DNA of 64,000 nt from an uncultured Phycisphaerales bacterium. Its GTDB lineage: Bacteria > Planctomycetota > Phycisphaerae > Tepidisphaerales > Tepidisphaeraceae. The position numbers and the translations under genes are program-made. Where the stretch lies: contig CAVWVQ010000003.1 of assembly GCA_963758525.1 (NCBI GenBank), positions 960,001-1,024,000 on the forward strand, given 5' to 3'. Shown in pieces: positions 42,332-55,700 of the stretch. The notes beneath the pieces were generated by a model. The model had not been told where the DNA came from and searched no databases. It saw only the letters and a list, made by a program, of their open reading frames with translations. Position 1 is the stretch's first letter; each line of letters begins with the position of its first letter.

Positions 42332-43441
42332 ATGAAGGTTTTCATTTTAACGCTAGGCACGAGAGGAGACCTGGAAACATTTCTGATTCTTGGGCGAGAA
42401 CTGAGACGCAGAGGCCACCGGGTTCTGATCGGGACGTCGTCATTTTATTCCGAGCGGATTGCCGCTTCGCGATTGGAATGGCTGCAAATTGGTAATGGAA
42501 CTGCGGAACAGATGCAGGCCGTTCTGCGTTCCATGGCGGTTCTGGACCACCCGAAGCGGCGAACCGAGACATTCATCCAGCAATGGGTCGCGCCGCAACT
42601 GAGGCAATCGATCCGGACGATTCAGCTCTACGCGGTTAACGCCGACTATTTCATCAGCAATTTGAAGATGCACGTGCCACGCAACACAGAAGTGGTTCCC
42701 GGCGCGTTCGTTACCTACGACGTACCGGAATCACTGCAGGATCTTGCGAAGCATGGCAGCCAGCGGCATGGGGGGCGGATTATTGACCTCGTCGCCATGA
42801 GCAAGCCGCTGATCGATCGCTCAAACGCCTGGGACGTCAGCTATCAGTTCACTGGGTTCTGGCTCGACGATCAGCCCCTGACGTGGATTCCTTCGGAACC
42901 GCTCTTGCGATTTCTTTCAGAGGGGTCGCCACCGGTCGTTTTTACTCTTGGCTCCATGGCGACTCTCGAAGTCAGCGGCTTGCCAGACACGGTGATCGAG
43001 ACGCTGCGTGTCGCAGGCGGACGCGGCGTCATTCTCGGCAATTTGGCGGGAGAAAAGCGAGGTTTCGCGTTCGGCAACACCATCTATTTTGAAGGAGAAA
43101 TTCCCTACCAGTGGCTCTTCCCGAAGGCTTGCGCCGTCGTCCACCATGGCGGAGTCGGAACCGTTGCAGCGGCGCTGCGCGCGGGTGTGCCTTCCGTGCT
43201 GCTGCCTCAGATTTCGGCACAGCAATATCTGGCTCGAGTATTGCTCGACGCCGGACTGGCGACAGGAGTCTTCGAGACTCGAGCATTGGACGCAAAGAAG
43301 CTGGGGGCATCAATCCGATTGGCGGTCACCGAAACGAAATACCAGGAGACCGCCAAAGCATGGCAGGCGGAGATCGTGCGGGATTGCGGCGTGCGCTCCG
43401 CCGCGGATCTGATCGAGGAGCATTGGAAGCAACTTCGGTAA
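42332..43441 (+). CDS. GT1-family glycosyltransferase (sterol/glycolipid/natural-product type)
   Basis: LGTRGD, LRRRGHRV, PPVVFTLGSM, PYQWLFPK..AVVHHGGVGTVAAALRAGVPSVLLP. Confidence 0.9.
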   Translation: MKVFILTLGTRGDLETFLILGRELRRRGHRVLIGTSSFYSERIAASRLEWLQIGNGTAEQMQAVLRSMAVLDHPKRRTETFIQQWVAPQLRQSIRTIQLYAVNADYFISNLKMHVPRNTEVVPGAFVTYDVPESLQDLAKHGSQRHGGRIIDLVAMSKPLIDRSNAWDVSYQFTGFWLDDQPLTWIPSEPLLRFLSEGSPPVVFTLGSMATLEVSGLPDTVIETLRVAGGRGVILGNLAGEKRGFAFGNTIYFEGEIPYQWLFPKACAVVHHGGVGTVAAALRAGVPSVLLPQISAQQYLARVLLDAGLATGVFETRALDAKKLGASIRLAVTETKYQETAKAWQAEIVRDCGVRSAADLIEEHWKQLR

Positions 43442-43457
43442 GAGGCGGTTTCATTAC

Positions 43458-43496
43458 CCCTCTCCCGGTACTCCGGGAGAGGGTCGAAGTGAGGGT
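43458..43496 (+). repeat. GTAC-centred dispersed palindromic repeat, copy 3
   Basis: CCCTCTCCCGGTACTCCGGGAGAGGGTCGAAGTGAGGGT just after the GT1 stop. Confidence 0.65.
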
Positions 43497-43675
43497 GCGT
43501 GGCTGCCACGGAATGTCCCGGAAATACCTTCACCACCGGTACCTGGTCTTCCATGACCCACGCTTCTTTGTCTGCGACCGTCACCGGCCTTCCAAGCTGG
43601 CGAATGTAGATTTTACAATAAATCGATCGCCCGGAAAAGTGTTCACGCCGCCTGGAATGTTCAGAGCTTACTTGC

Positions 43676-43703
43676 TTGATTTCGTCACCAATGAGCTTAT
43701 AAC
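43676..43703 (+). promoter_or_regulatory. Possible sigma-70 promoter of the giant gene
   Basis: TTGATT-16 nt-TATAAC in an AT-rich tract, 50 nt before the ATG; AAGGAGAGG RBS. Confidence 0.35.
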
Positions 43704-43753
43704 TATTTCTCACTTCATTTCTCATTTTTGCTCAGCAAGGAGAGGCGGGCGCG

Positions 43754-46700
43754 ATGGGGCGCAGAAACAAGGCGGCCAAAAAAGGCCCAACCCGTAAAAA
43801 GCAGCCCACGACATCTTTGGGAGGCGACGCATTCAGGCGACGCCGGTTCATTGTTGAGCCTCTGGAGGATCGGTTTCTGTTGAGCGGGAGTCACGATCCG
43901 GCTCTTACAGCGGCGATCCAGGGCGCGCTCTCCACCAGCGATGCAACCGGATTGTCCGCTTGGGCGCACCGGCTTACCGACCCGACTGTTCTGGGTCAGA
44001 ACCTTCCCATCATCGGCTCCGGGCTCGAGACGGCCGTGGACCCGCAGGCGCAGCTGAACACAGTCCTCTCAGGGATCAGCGGCTCATATACCACGCTGAC
44101 CGATTTGCAGGCTGCGTTGCAGGCGACGCCGGGCATTACCGTATCCGCGGTCCGCAACAACGCCAACGATTTGGAATTGGATCTGGGCATCACCAGCACG
44201 GGCACCGCAACAGTGCCGATTGACGCGTCGCTAGGCGCCAACTTCAACGCGACAGGCTCACTGGTCGTAGCGACCTCGCTCCACTTCCAATTCACCATTG
44301 GCGCTTATTACGACACCACTGCCAGCACCGCGGTGGCATACGTGGTGGCGAATAATGACAATCTCTCCCTCAGCTTTAACGCCACCTCGGCCAGTCTTGG
44401 AGGCACTGCCCAGCTCGGGTTTGTCAACCTGCAAGTCTCACAGGCATCGGTGAATTTTTCTCCGCAATTCACTTTCACCCTGCAGCAGCAGGATGCCATC
44501 AACGGTTCGGATCGCGTGTCATTCGATGCGTTGAACGCGGATTCGCTCGGCACGTTGATGACCACTACCTTGAGTCAGTCCGCGCCTGCCACCCTTACGG
44601 CCAGCGTCAGCACTTCGTTGGCGCCGACGGCCAAGCAGATCACGCTGACGTGGGCCGATGTTACCGACGCATCGACTGTGACATCGTCCGCTACCACCGA
44701 TCCAACGCTGGCGGCGCTCAATATCCTGTCGGGCATCAGCCCGACCGCGTTCTCCTCGGGCTTGGATCAGGCAGTCGCCGTTCTCGACGCGGCTGCCACC
44801 GACAATATGACCGCCAATGTGCTGCAGACCAGCCTGCCGATTGTCGGCCAGTCATTGTCCAGCCTGGTGAATTTCACGACTTTCTATCAAACCTATCTGA
44901 CGAAGTTCACGGACTCGGTCACCAATACCACTACCAACGTCACTACGAATACTTTCAATAGCGATTCCCAGTTGTTGACGCTGCTGCAGGGCATACCGAA
45001 TGTCGGGACGGGAAACGTGAGTGAGGCCGTTTCTGGGTCACGGTTGGTGTACACCCTGACTCTCCCCGAGACTGTCACGGTCACCGAACCGCTTTCGCTT
45101 AATGTAGGTTCGGCGTTGAATCTCAACGTTGCCGGGACGGTGAACGTCAGTGTTGCGACCACCACCCAGTTCTCATTTGGCGTCGACGCCGGCACGGGAA
45201 CTTTCTTCATCGCGGCTCCGACCAAGCCGGTATTTCAGGCCACGGTTACCGCTTCCACAAGTCTGACGGCGGCGGCTTCACTGGGCTTCCTCTCGGTGAA
45301 TGTGACCGACGGCACGGTTTCGGCGACGGTGCAGGGGAGCATCTCGTTGACCGACCCCGCCACGGATAGTCCCGCAAGTCCGGGAATCATCACCAGTTCC
45401 GAGCTTGCCTCGGCGAACTTCTCGACGCTGATCGGCGTCGGGCTGAGCGGCTCGGCCTCCGCATCGTTGCCACTGAGCGTTGGCGCAGGTGCTGTCGGGG
45501 GGATCTCCCCCGGCACTCTGGCGATCAGCTGGCCGGACGTAACCAGCCCGTCGACTTTCACCGTCGACACATCGGGAATTTCGCAATTTCTGGATTTCAA
45601 TCAATTGTCTGCGTCTTCGATCCTCACTTATCTCGATGCGCTGCCCAACGTGCTCTCCCAACTCGGGGGCACCTCCGGATTGGGCCATTCGATTCCGGTC
45701 ATCGGCTCGAGCCTCGGATCTGCCATCGATTTCGGGAGCAAGCTGACCACAGCTCTGAGCGGATTGTCATCGGCCACCAGTATCCAGGACCTGGTGACGC
45801 AGCTTCAGAGCGCGCTGCCTGGCGGGTCGACGGTGACTTTTGATCCGGCTACAGACCAGTTGGATTTCACCCTTGCACTGACCGATTCGTATACGGCGAA
45901 CAGCCCCGATTCCGCCGCGTGGTCCATCGACGAATCCCTGTTGAGCGGCGCATTGGGCTTTCATGCATCCGGCACCGCGCCGCTGACGGGTTCGATCGGT
46001 CTGCGGTTCGAAGCCGGCGTGCAACTTTCGCCGGATCTGCTGAGCGACGGTACTTCGACCGCTTCGACCACCGTCGATCCCCTCAGCCAGGTGTATGTCT
46101 ACACGGGCAGCAGCACCGATCCGACCGTTGGAAGCAGTCTCTCGGCGAGCCTCTCCGTGCAGGGAACCATCAATGCGTCGGCGACGCTGGCTTTTGCCTC
46201 GATCGGAGTGAGCGCCGGTACGCTCACGATCGCGGGCACGAACAGTTCAGGGGTCGTCACTCCCGGCACCCCCGCCACCGCCAGCCTCGTGATCGGGAGC
46301 GGCGCGGCGGGCAGCAAGCAGACGCTGGCGAACATCCTGGCAAATCCGTCGTCGCTGTTCGGCGGTTTTAATTTCAACGGCGGCGCGATGGTGACGCTGC
46401 CATTGACGGGCATTCCTCGCTCCACGAATACGCCTGACGTAGCCCCGGAAATTGACGTGAGTTGGCCGAACATCACGACGGTTCCGGTGCCCAGCACGAT
46501 GGGTCTCGACTCCACCAATCTGAACCCGCTGGCGAATTTCGACGCCAGCGACTTCACGAGCGGGCTGACCTCCGTGATCGGCTTGATCACCCAGTGGGGC
46601 AACCTCCCGCTGCTCAATCAAAATATCCCGCTGATCAACGAGCCGATCAGCAAAATACTCTCGTATGCAAACGACGTGGTGAGCGTATTCAACTCGATTT

Positions 46701-49700
46701 CGTCCTCGGTCAGCTCGGGAAGCCCCTCCTCAGCCTCGGCGTTGAATACGCTGATCATGAACGCGGTGCCGGGAGACATCACACAAGGTCCTTCTTTTAA
46801 CCTGGCAAACAACGTCCTTGATTACGATTTGAACTACAGCGCAAACGTTTCCACTTCTGTTCCGTTCAACCTGGGCCTTAGCATCTTAAATGTCAATGCG
46901 AACGTGACTGCGTCGGCCGCGGTGAACGTAAAACTCGAATTTGGCTTCGACGCGGCCGACGGGTTCTACATTGTCGGCGGCTCTGATACGGCTCATCCGC
47001 AGTTGTCGGTGACGGGCACGCTGGCGCTGAACGTCGCCCAGGCGGGTCTGGTGCTCGGGCCGCTTCAGGCCGGCGTTGCCAATGGCACGGGCAACATTTC
47101 ATTGGGGTTTGCCGTCAATCTCGTTCCTCCCAGCAGCGGAAACGGAAGCAAGATTTCCGCGACGCAACTGTTGTCCGGCGCCGGGTCCATCCTGAGTCCA
47201 ACGGTGAGCGGCAGCGGAGCGCTGAACCTGCCCCTTGGCGTGCGTCTGGGCTCCGGGGGGCCCGGGGTGCTGGCAACCTTCAGCGCCAGTTGGGATCCCA
47301 ATCGTGATAATCCGCTGGAGTTCGGCCCGAACAACTCCACCGATCCGACCGACGGGTTTGGAAACGTGACATTTGATTTGGGAGAAGTTGTCGACGAGAT
47401 CGTTGGGCCGGTGCTGAACTTCATCAAGGAGTATAATCCCATTCCGCAGAGCGTGCTCGACGCGCTCAACACGCCGCTCCCATTTCCCCTGGAAGGCATG
47501 ACTGCCGGGGATGTTCTCGGCGACTACATCGACAACCCGGGCGTTAAGCTTCTGCTTCAGATAGAACAAGCCATCGGCCTGGTGGAGCAGGTGGCCAGTC
47601 TCGCTTATACGCCGATCGACCTCAGCTCGTATTTGCCGGGATCGGGCTCGAGCCAGGCCGCGGCGCAGCACAACAGCGCGGCTGCCCAATCCTCTTCCCA
47701 AACCCCCGATGATGCATCTGGTGACCCCGAGAATGGGGCCGTGCAGAACATTATCGACGAACTTAAAAACGATTTCTATCTCGACATTCCTCTGCTGGAC
47801 CATCCGACGTCCACAATCATTGCCTTGTTCACGGGCCAAAACGTCAACCTCGTTGATTTCGATCCTGGTCACGTGGAGATCAGCGAGACGTATTCAACGC
47901 CCAAGGTCTCAGTCCCGCTCTTCAGCGTTGGATTCGCCAGTGCCGAGGCGTTCGCACAGATCTCGTTCACCGCGTCGCTTTTCGCCAACATCGACATCGG
48001 CCTGGACACGCGCGGACTGCTGGGCCACTACATCTCCAGCGGCGTCTATTCCACAAGTCAGCCATCCAACGTTCTGATGGGCTTCTACATCAGTGACGCT
48101 GACACCGGCTCAGCCAACGACGGGAATTATCAGGCCGGGATCAAACTCGCGGCGGATATCATATTCGGTGGCGAGATCAGCATCCTCGGCTATGACGCGG
48201 TTGATCTCTATGGCGGCGTGGGTCCCTATGGAATCGTCGGCATTCACTTTAACGACATTTATTACAACAGCGCCGGCCAGCCTGGGGGAGTCGCTAATTA
48301 CAAGGGCAATCCGGCCGGCGACGGGAAAGTCTATTTCGACGAACTCGACTGGATTGCCGACAACTATGGTCCATTGTGCGCCGTCATGCCGGGGGGCGAA
48401 CTGGGCTTGAGCGTCACCCTCGGTGGCGATGTGAATCTGCTTCTCTGGTCGATCAGCTTCACCATTTACCAGCACGACTTCACGCTTGCGACGTTCGACT
48501 TCCCTTGCATGCTGAACCTCACCGACCTGGGCAGCATTCAAGGCCATTCGTTCGTCATGAACAATAACACTGCCACCGACGGGCGCAAAATTGAGGTCAA
48601 CATTGCCGATGACCCGAACAACAACAACGTGCCGGCGCTTCATATCAACGAAACCAACGGTAACGTCTATGAAACTGACTATATAGACCTCTCGACCCTG
48701 CAGGCCGCGGGCGTGGACACGTTAGTCTTGAAGGGCTCCGACGGCGACGACAACTTCAAGATCGATCCCGACATCACCACGACGGGACCCTTCCGACATC
48801 TGCAGGTGCTCACCGGCAAGGGAAACGATCAGGTCGACCTCTCGAATTTCCAGAACGGCACGAACGGAACAACCAACAACTCCAACCTCACCGACGTGAT
48901 CATCACGGGCGGAACCGGCGGAACGTCAGACAACGACACCATCACCGGCAATTACGCGCCCGACACGATATTTGCCGGCGACGGAGCAAATCTGATCATT
49001 CCCGGCACCGGCAACGACGAGGTCGTCGAAAGCAGCGGGGATGACACGATCAACGCCGGCGGCGGCAACGATACTGTGGTGGGCGGCACCGGCGCGAACG
49101 TGTTGATCAACACCGGCAATGGCGCCAATACGATCACCGCCGGCTCGGGCACCAACGCAATCAACGCCGGCGACGGCAACAACGTCATCCACGCCGGCGC
49201 TGGCGACGACCGAATTCAAGTGGGCCAGGGGAACAATCTCATCACTGCCGGCGCGGGACGGGAATCGATCACCGCGGGCAACGGCAACGATACGATTTAT
49301 GCGGACGCCGGCACCAGCTACATCACTGCCGGCAACGGCTCCAACGTGATTACCGCCGGCGCCGGAGCCGACCAGATCCATGTCGGGCAGGGCAACAACA
49401 CTATCAAAGCCGGCGCCGGCTCCGAATCCGTCACCGCGGGCAATGGCAACAACACGATTACCGCAGATGTCGGCGCCAGCAACATCCTGGCCGGCAATGG
49501 GAACAACGTCATTACCGCCGGCGCTGGAGCCGACCAGATTCAGGTCGGTCAGGGGAACAACCTGATCAACGCGGGGACCGGCACTGATACCGTCATCAGC
49601 GGCAACGGCAACAACGTGATTTACGGAGACACGGGCGGGAGCGACATCTTTGCCGGGACCGGCAATAACTTCATCTATGAAGACGGCGGCGCTAACGTAA

Positions 49701-52700
49701 TTTATGGTCATCCAATTGGCGTCCCCAGCGGGAATGACTACATCCAGATAGGGCCAGGCAGCACCACTCTGCACGGGGGCGAGGGCGACAACCTCCTCGT
49801 CGAAACTTCCGATTCCAGCCAGACGCTCACGGACACCACTCTCACCACCGGCCAGACCACCCTCACCTACGACGGCATCGATCGAATCATCATCAATGGC
49901 GGCCCCGAAAACGATTCATTCGATGTCAGCGGGTATTCCGCCGGAAACGTGACGATCAACGGAGGGGGCGGTTCTGACACGATAGCCTCCACCGACGACA
50001 CGAATTTCACGCTCACCAACACCACCCTCACTCGCGCCACCGGCGCGAATTTCTCGCTCAACGGCATCACCAATGCCGTGCTCAACAGCGAAACCACGGA
50101 CAACACGTTTGACGTGACCCATTTCACTGGAAATGCGACGCTCACCGGCGGCGGCGGTGTGGATACGGTCGTCTCCTCCATCCCGGCGAATTACACGCTC
50201 ACCGACTCGTCCCTCACGAGTTCCGCCGGCGGAAAATTTTCGCTGGCCGGCATTTCCCACGCCGTGCTGACCGGCGGATCTGGAAGCGATCAGATCAATA
50301 CCAGTGGTTTCTCCGGGAACGTCACGCTTCTGGGCGCTGCCGGAACTGACACGATCACCAGGGGAACCGGCGATACCAACATCGCCGGGACGACCGCCCC
50401 CAATCCACCGGCCACGCTCCTGACCGGATTTGCCGACGGTGGTCCGTGGAATGAGATGGGCGATTCCGCCTCCGGTCTGGGCGTCAGCGAAAGCACCAGC
50501 GCGGCGATCGAGCCATCGTCGGTCTATGCAGCCGCCGGTCCGTACGTTGCCTGGGCTGACAATCGGAGCGGTGTTTATCAGATTTATGTCGCACAGTACG
50601 TGAGCGGCGCCTGGGTCGAACTTGCCGGCAGCGCCCATGGCGGGGGCATCAGCAATTCGGCGTTCGGAGCCCGTCGACCGAGTATTACCCTCAATTCGTC
50701 GGGCGAACCGATCGTCGCCTGGACGCAGCAGAAGAGTGGATCGAGCGTCGGCTCGATCGACGTCGCTCAATTCAACCCTTCCGGCGCTGGCGCGTGGGTC
50801 GCGTTGCCCACGCCATCCGGAACCTCGGCCGACCAGGCCCACGTTGTCCAAACCAGCGCCGGTCCCGTGGTCGCCTGGCAGGATTCAAGCGGCGCAACCA
50901 CGAATATCTATGTCGCGCGGTATAGCGGTTCGGCGTGGGCCGCGCTGCGCCGGCGCCACCAGCGGAAGCGGCGTTTCAGCCTCCTCATCCAATGTCGCTG
51001 GAATTGCTCTTGCCACAGATGGAACCAATGTGGCGCTGGCGTGGACGCAGACTGTCAGCGGGGTTCAGCAAATTTATGCCAAGCAGTATTCCGGCACGAC
51101 CTGGAGCGCCCTGGGCGGATCGGCCTCGGGGAATGGAATCAGCAACACGACGGCGAGCAGCCAAAGCCCGACCCTGGCCTACAGCGGGGGAAGCCTTTAT
51201 GTCGCCTGGCAAGCCTCCAACGCCGGCGCGTCGGTGATCTATGCCGACAAGTACAACGGCACAAATTGGGTAGCTGCCGGAACGGGTGCAAACAGCGGTG
51301 CGGGGCTGTCGAATAGCGGCGGCGGTTCGACGCAGCCGGTTTTGGCCGCGGGAGGCAGCAATCTCTATCTGCTCTGGACCGACAACCGAATTACCAGCGG
51401 CGCCGGAAATACCACTGCTGTATACGCCCTGCAGTGGAATGGGACGCAGTTCGTCGAACAACTGCCGGGGGAGGCAACCGGATTGGGCATCAGCCCAACC
51501 GCCAGTGCACCGGTAACTCCGTCGCTGTCCGTCAGCCCTGCCGGCAATCCATTCGTCGCGTGGGGCGACACGATGAAAGGTTCACCGCAGATCGCCGCCC
51601 GCTTGAATACCGCCGCGGTCGGCACCGTTTACTATGTCAACGATGCCAGTCAGATCGGCGACGCCACCGCAACTGCCGCCGGCAGTTCTGCGAACAACGG
51701 AAAGACGCCCGCCGCGCCCGCCCTTTCGATCGCTCAGATACTCTCTGCCTATACGCTCAAATCCGGCGATGTGATTGTCGTTGACGCCGGCAATTACGCC
51801 GCGCCCGTGACCATCAACATGGCGGGCGTCACCGTCATCGCAGCCCGGGGCGCCACGGCCAATTTCCAGGGGCTCTTCTCGGTCACTTCGGCAAACAACG
51901 TTGTTTTGCAGGGTCTGATCTTTTCCGGCGGCTTGAGTGTTTCTGCCAGCTCGAATGTCTCAATCATCGGCAACCGTTTCTATGGCGGCGGATTCACCCT
52001 CACCGGCGGAAGCGGTTCGCACATTGCCGGCAACCTCATGCAGGTTCTATCCGGGGAGTCGGGCAGCGGCCTGACGCTCGCGGGAGGCGCCGATTCCACC
52101 GACATCGAATTCAACACGATCACCGGCGGCGCCAACGGCATTTCCGTGGCGGCCGCAACGAATTTGCTTATCCGCGGGAACACCATTTCAGGCGTTTCCA
52201 CCGGAATCTCGCTGGCATCCGCAACCGGCGGTACCATCTCCGGAAACGACATCTCTTCGGCCGGCACCGCTCTCAACATCGCCGCCGCGTTCACCGGATC
52301 GATCGACAGCAACGAAATCCATGACAGCGCGGTCGGTGTCAACTATGCCGCCTCGGCGCCGCTCAACGGCAATCGGATTCGCAATAATGCCACCGGGATC
52401 AACTCCACCGTTGCAGGAACCGTTGCTGGCCTGGGCTTCGTCGCCAGCACCGGCCTGGACGCCGCTTTGGCTCTGACGCCCAATCAGATCTTCGGCAATG
52501 TCACTGGCGTAGCGCTAATCGGGCAAATGCAAAATCAGCACGTGTTCGCCAATACCACGGGCGTTTCGGGATCGGGCATCCTCGGGGTGCTGACCTTGAA
52601 TACCGCCAACGTCATCGAAGCCAACACGACCGGCGTTATCTTCAACGGGCCGGTCCAGTTCAATCGTATCGACCGGAACGGTACCGGGATCGTCGCACAG

Positions 52701-55700
52701 AGCAATCAACAGATTGATCACAACCTCTTCTATCGCAATACCACTGTCGCGATTTCGCTCGTCGGCGTCTCAAACGTAAGCATCGTCAACAACACCTTCT
52801 ATTCTCCGCTGGGTGACAACATCGACGTTTCCGGCGGCTCAAGCGACATCGAGATTCTCAACAATATTCTTTGGGCGCAGAGCGGCTACGACCTGAATGT
52901 CGCCGATGACAGCCACCTCGGATTTTTCAGCGATTACAATGACCTGTATTCCACCGGCGCCGGCAAGCTTGTCCACTACTATCAGGATTTCACCGACATC
53001 CTCGACTGGCAGGATGACGTCAACAAGTTTGATCTGCACTCGATTGGCGCGACGATTGTAAATCCCACCGCGGCCCAGCCGCAGTTCGCTGATCTGGCCG
53101 TTGACAACTACAATATCAATGCGCTGACTGGCGGGCTTCGATCGACCAGTCCCACAGTCGATGCCGGCTCGCCGATTGTCGACGACGGCGTGCCACTCGA
53201 TCGAACCAATCTTCTGTCCAACCCCGGCTTTGAGAGCGGCACCGCCAGTTGGACAATTAACAGTACGGGCGGTATCGGCGTATCGAACCCCACGCCCTTT
53301 GCCGGCATTAATGACTTTGCCTCCAACGGCAGCGCCACCACGTTCGCGCAGCAGACCATCGATCTGCTCGCGGCTGGGTATACCAGCACCCAATTGGCCA
53401 GCATTCAAGATGACGACGTGGTCTTCGGCGGGCGTATCCGCTGGAACAGCAATGTCGCCGGCGACGTCGGCAAGATTCAGGTCACATTCCTGAACAGCAG
53501 CAGCAGCCAGATCGGCACGCCGCTGATTGCCTCAGCGACAAATACTGTCGACCGGTGGGAACTGGTCGGCCTGCGCCAGGCAATCCCCGCGGGAACTCGA
53601 TACATCCAATATCGATTCGAAACCGATCGCTCGTCCGGCTCCAACAACAGCGCGTTCGACGGCGCTTTCATGAATGTCCTTGACAGTGGGGTCGGGGTGG
53701 GACAAGGCGCTTATGGAAATACCACGACAGAGGATGCCCAGGAGGTGGCGTCCACCGCGCCGCGAATCGCCCTGCGGTTCCCTGACCTCTACACCAATTG
53801 GGATCTGTCCGCGCCGCACACCATCCTCTGGGATACCTATAACAATGACGCGGCATCGCCCATCCGAATCGACGTCTATCAGGACACCACCAGCGGATCC
53901 ATGCTTTTGGCCAACGTCACTCCGTCAGCGCCGGATATCGGACAATATTCCTGGATCCCGCAGAACAGCGGGCTGACCGCCGGCACGACGAACCTGCGCA
54001 TACAGGTTTCACTTGTATCCAACTCAGCCGTCTACGACCGAAGCACCGAAGTCTTCGCCATCCCCCAAAGCGGCACGACTTATTATGTCAACGATGCCAG
54101 CACCAGCGGTGACGTTTACACCACCGCCGTCGGTTCCAACCGAAACACCGGCAAACTCCCCACCGCGCCGCTCCCGCTTCTGTCAACGCTCCTGCGAACC
54201 TATGGCCTGGGGCCGAGCAACGTCGTCGATATCGATACGGGTACCTACAACGACTTCAATCCGATTGTCTTCGATGCCGCCGACGATGCGGGCGTAACAA
54301 TCACCGGCCCAACCAGCGCCAGTCACGTCGCATCGCTCAGCAGGGCCTATACCGGATCGGCCGGCACCGTCATCGACGTCAACGGCGCAGCGTCAATCAG
54401 CGTCTCCCATCTGACCCTGGTGGGTTCGCAGCGCGGCGTATGGGTTCATAACGGTGCGATCCGGTTCAACGGCGCGTATCTCACCACCTCCAACAACACC
54501 CTTGAAGGAATTCGCCTCGAATCGGACGCGACCGGGTCCACCCTGCAGAACCTTACCGTCTCCGGGAGCGGCGCCGGCGTCAGTAATTCGAACTCTGACG
54601 GGATTTACGTTGCCGCTCCCGGCGTTAGCGTCAACAACAGTCTTTCCTTCAACAACACCGGCGACGGAATCGACGTTGTGATCAGCACCACCTCGCCCAC
54701 GACCATCAGCAACAACACGGTGTATGGCAACAGCCAAAGCGGCATTTTCGCCAGCAATAGCTCCGCTACGCTCCTGACGATCGGCAATAATCTTGTCTAC
54801 AGCAACGGAAACTATGGAATTGCTGCTTCGAATGACGTGCTCGTCACTGGAAATGCCGTCTATGGTCAGTCCAACTCCAGCGCTGCCGGGATCTATATTT
54901 ATAATGACGCTAATGCAACCGGGAACGTCGTGTATCTGAACTACCGCGGCATCGTCGAGGGCAACGCCAGCGGCGCCCTGATCTCCGATAACCGCGTCTA
55001 CGCCAACTCGTCTATTGGCATCCTCTCGCAGAATGACACGGTGAGCGGAAACGTTGTTTATTCCAACGCGATCGGCATCTACGCCGGCTACTACTACGGC
55101 GGCGGCGCCGTGGAAAACAACCTTGACTACGCCAACAGCGCGGCTGCTCTGCAGATCACCAACAATTACGCCAGCTCCACCGGCGTTCAGGTGCTGAGCA
55201 ACACCTTCTACCAAACCGCTGGCGACGCCGTCGACGTGCTGGCCGGCGCCAACAGCGTCACCGTCCAGAACAACATCCTGCAGGTCAGCGCCGGCTACGA
55301 TCTCAACGTCGATCCCTCCAGCCAGGTCGGATTTGTCAGCGATTACAACGACTTCTACACAACCGGCGCCGGACAAGTGGGATACTGGCAGGGCGTGGCG
55401 CGGGCGTTGTTCGGCGACTGGCAGAACGCCTCCTTCACCGATCAAAATAGCTTGTCGGCCAACCCTCTGTTCGTGAAGCCGGCGGGCGCAAACCTGAAGC
55501 TCGGATATGTCGGCGGCGTTGACTACGGCTCCGATGACGATTTCCATCTGCAAAGCACCGCCGGCAGTCTGCACGGCGGGAGCCTCGCCCCGATACTGAG
55601 CGGCACGACCGGCCTGCCGATCGCCGCCACGGGGGCGCGGACCGCCGACTCCGCTGAATCGCCGGGCATCGACCGCGGCGCGACAAATTCTGCCTATTCC

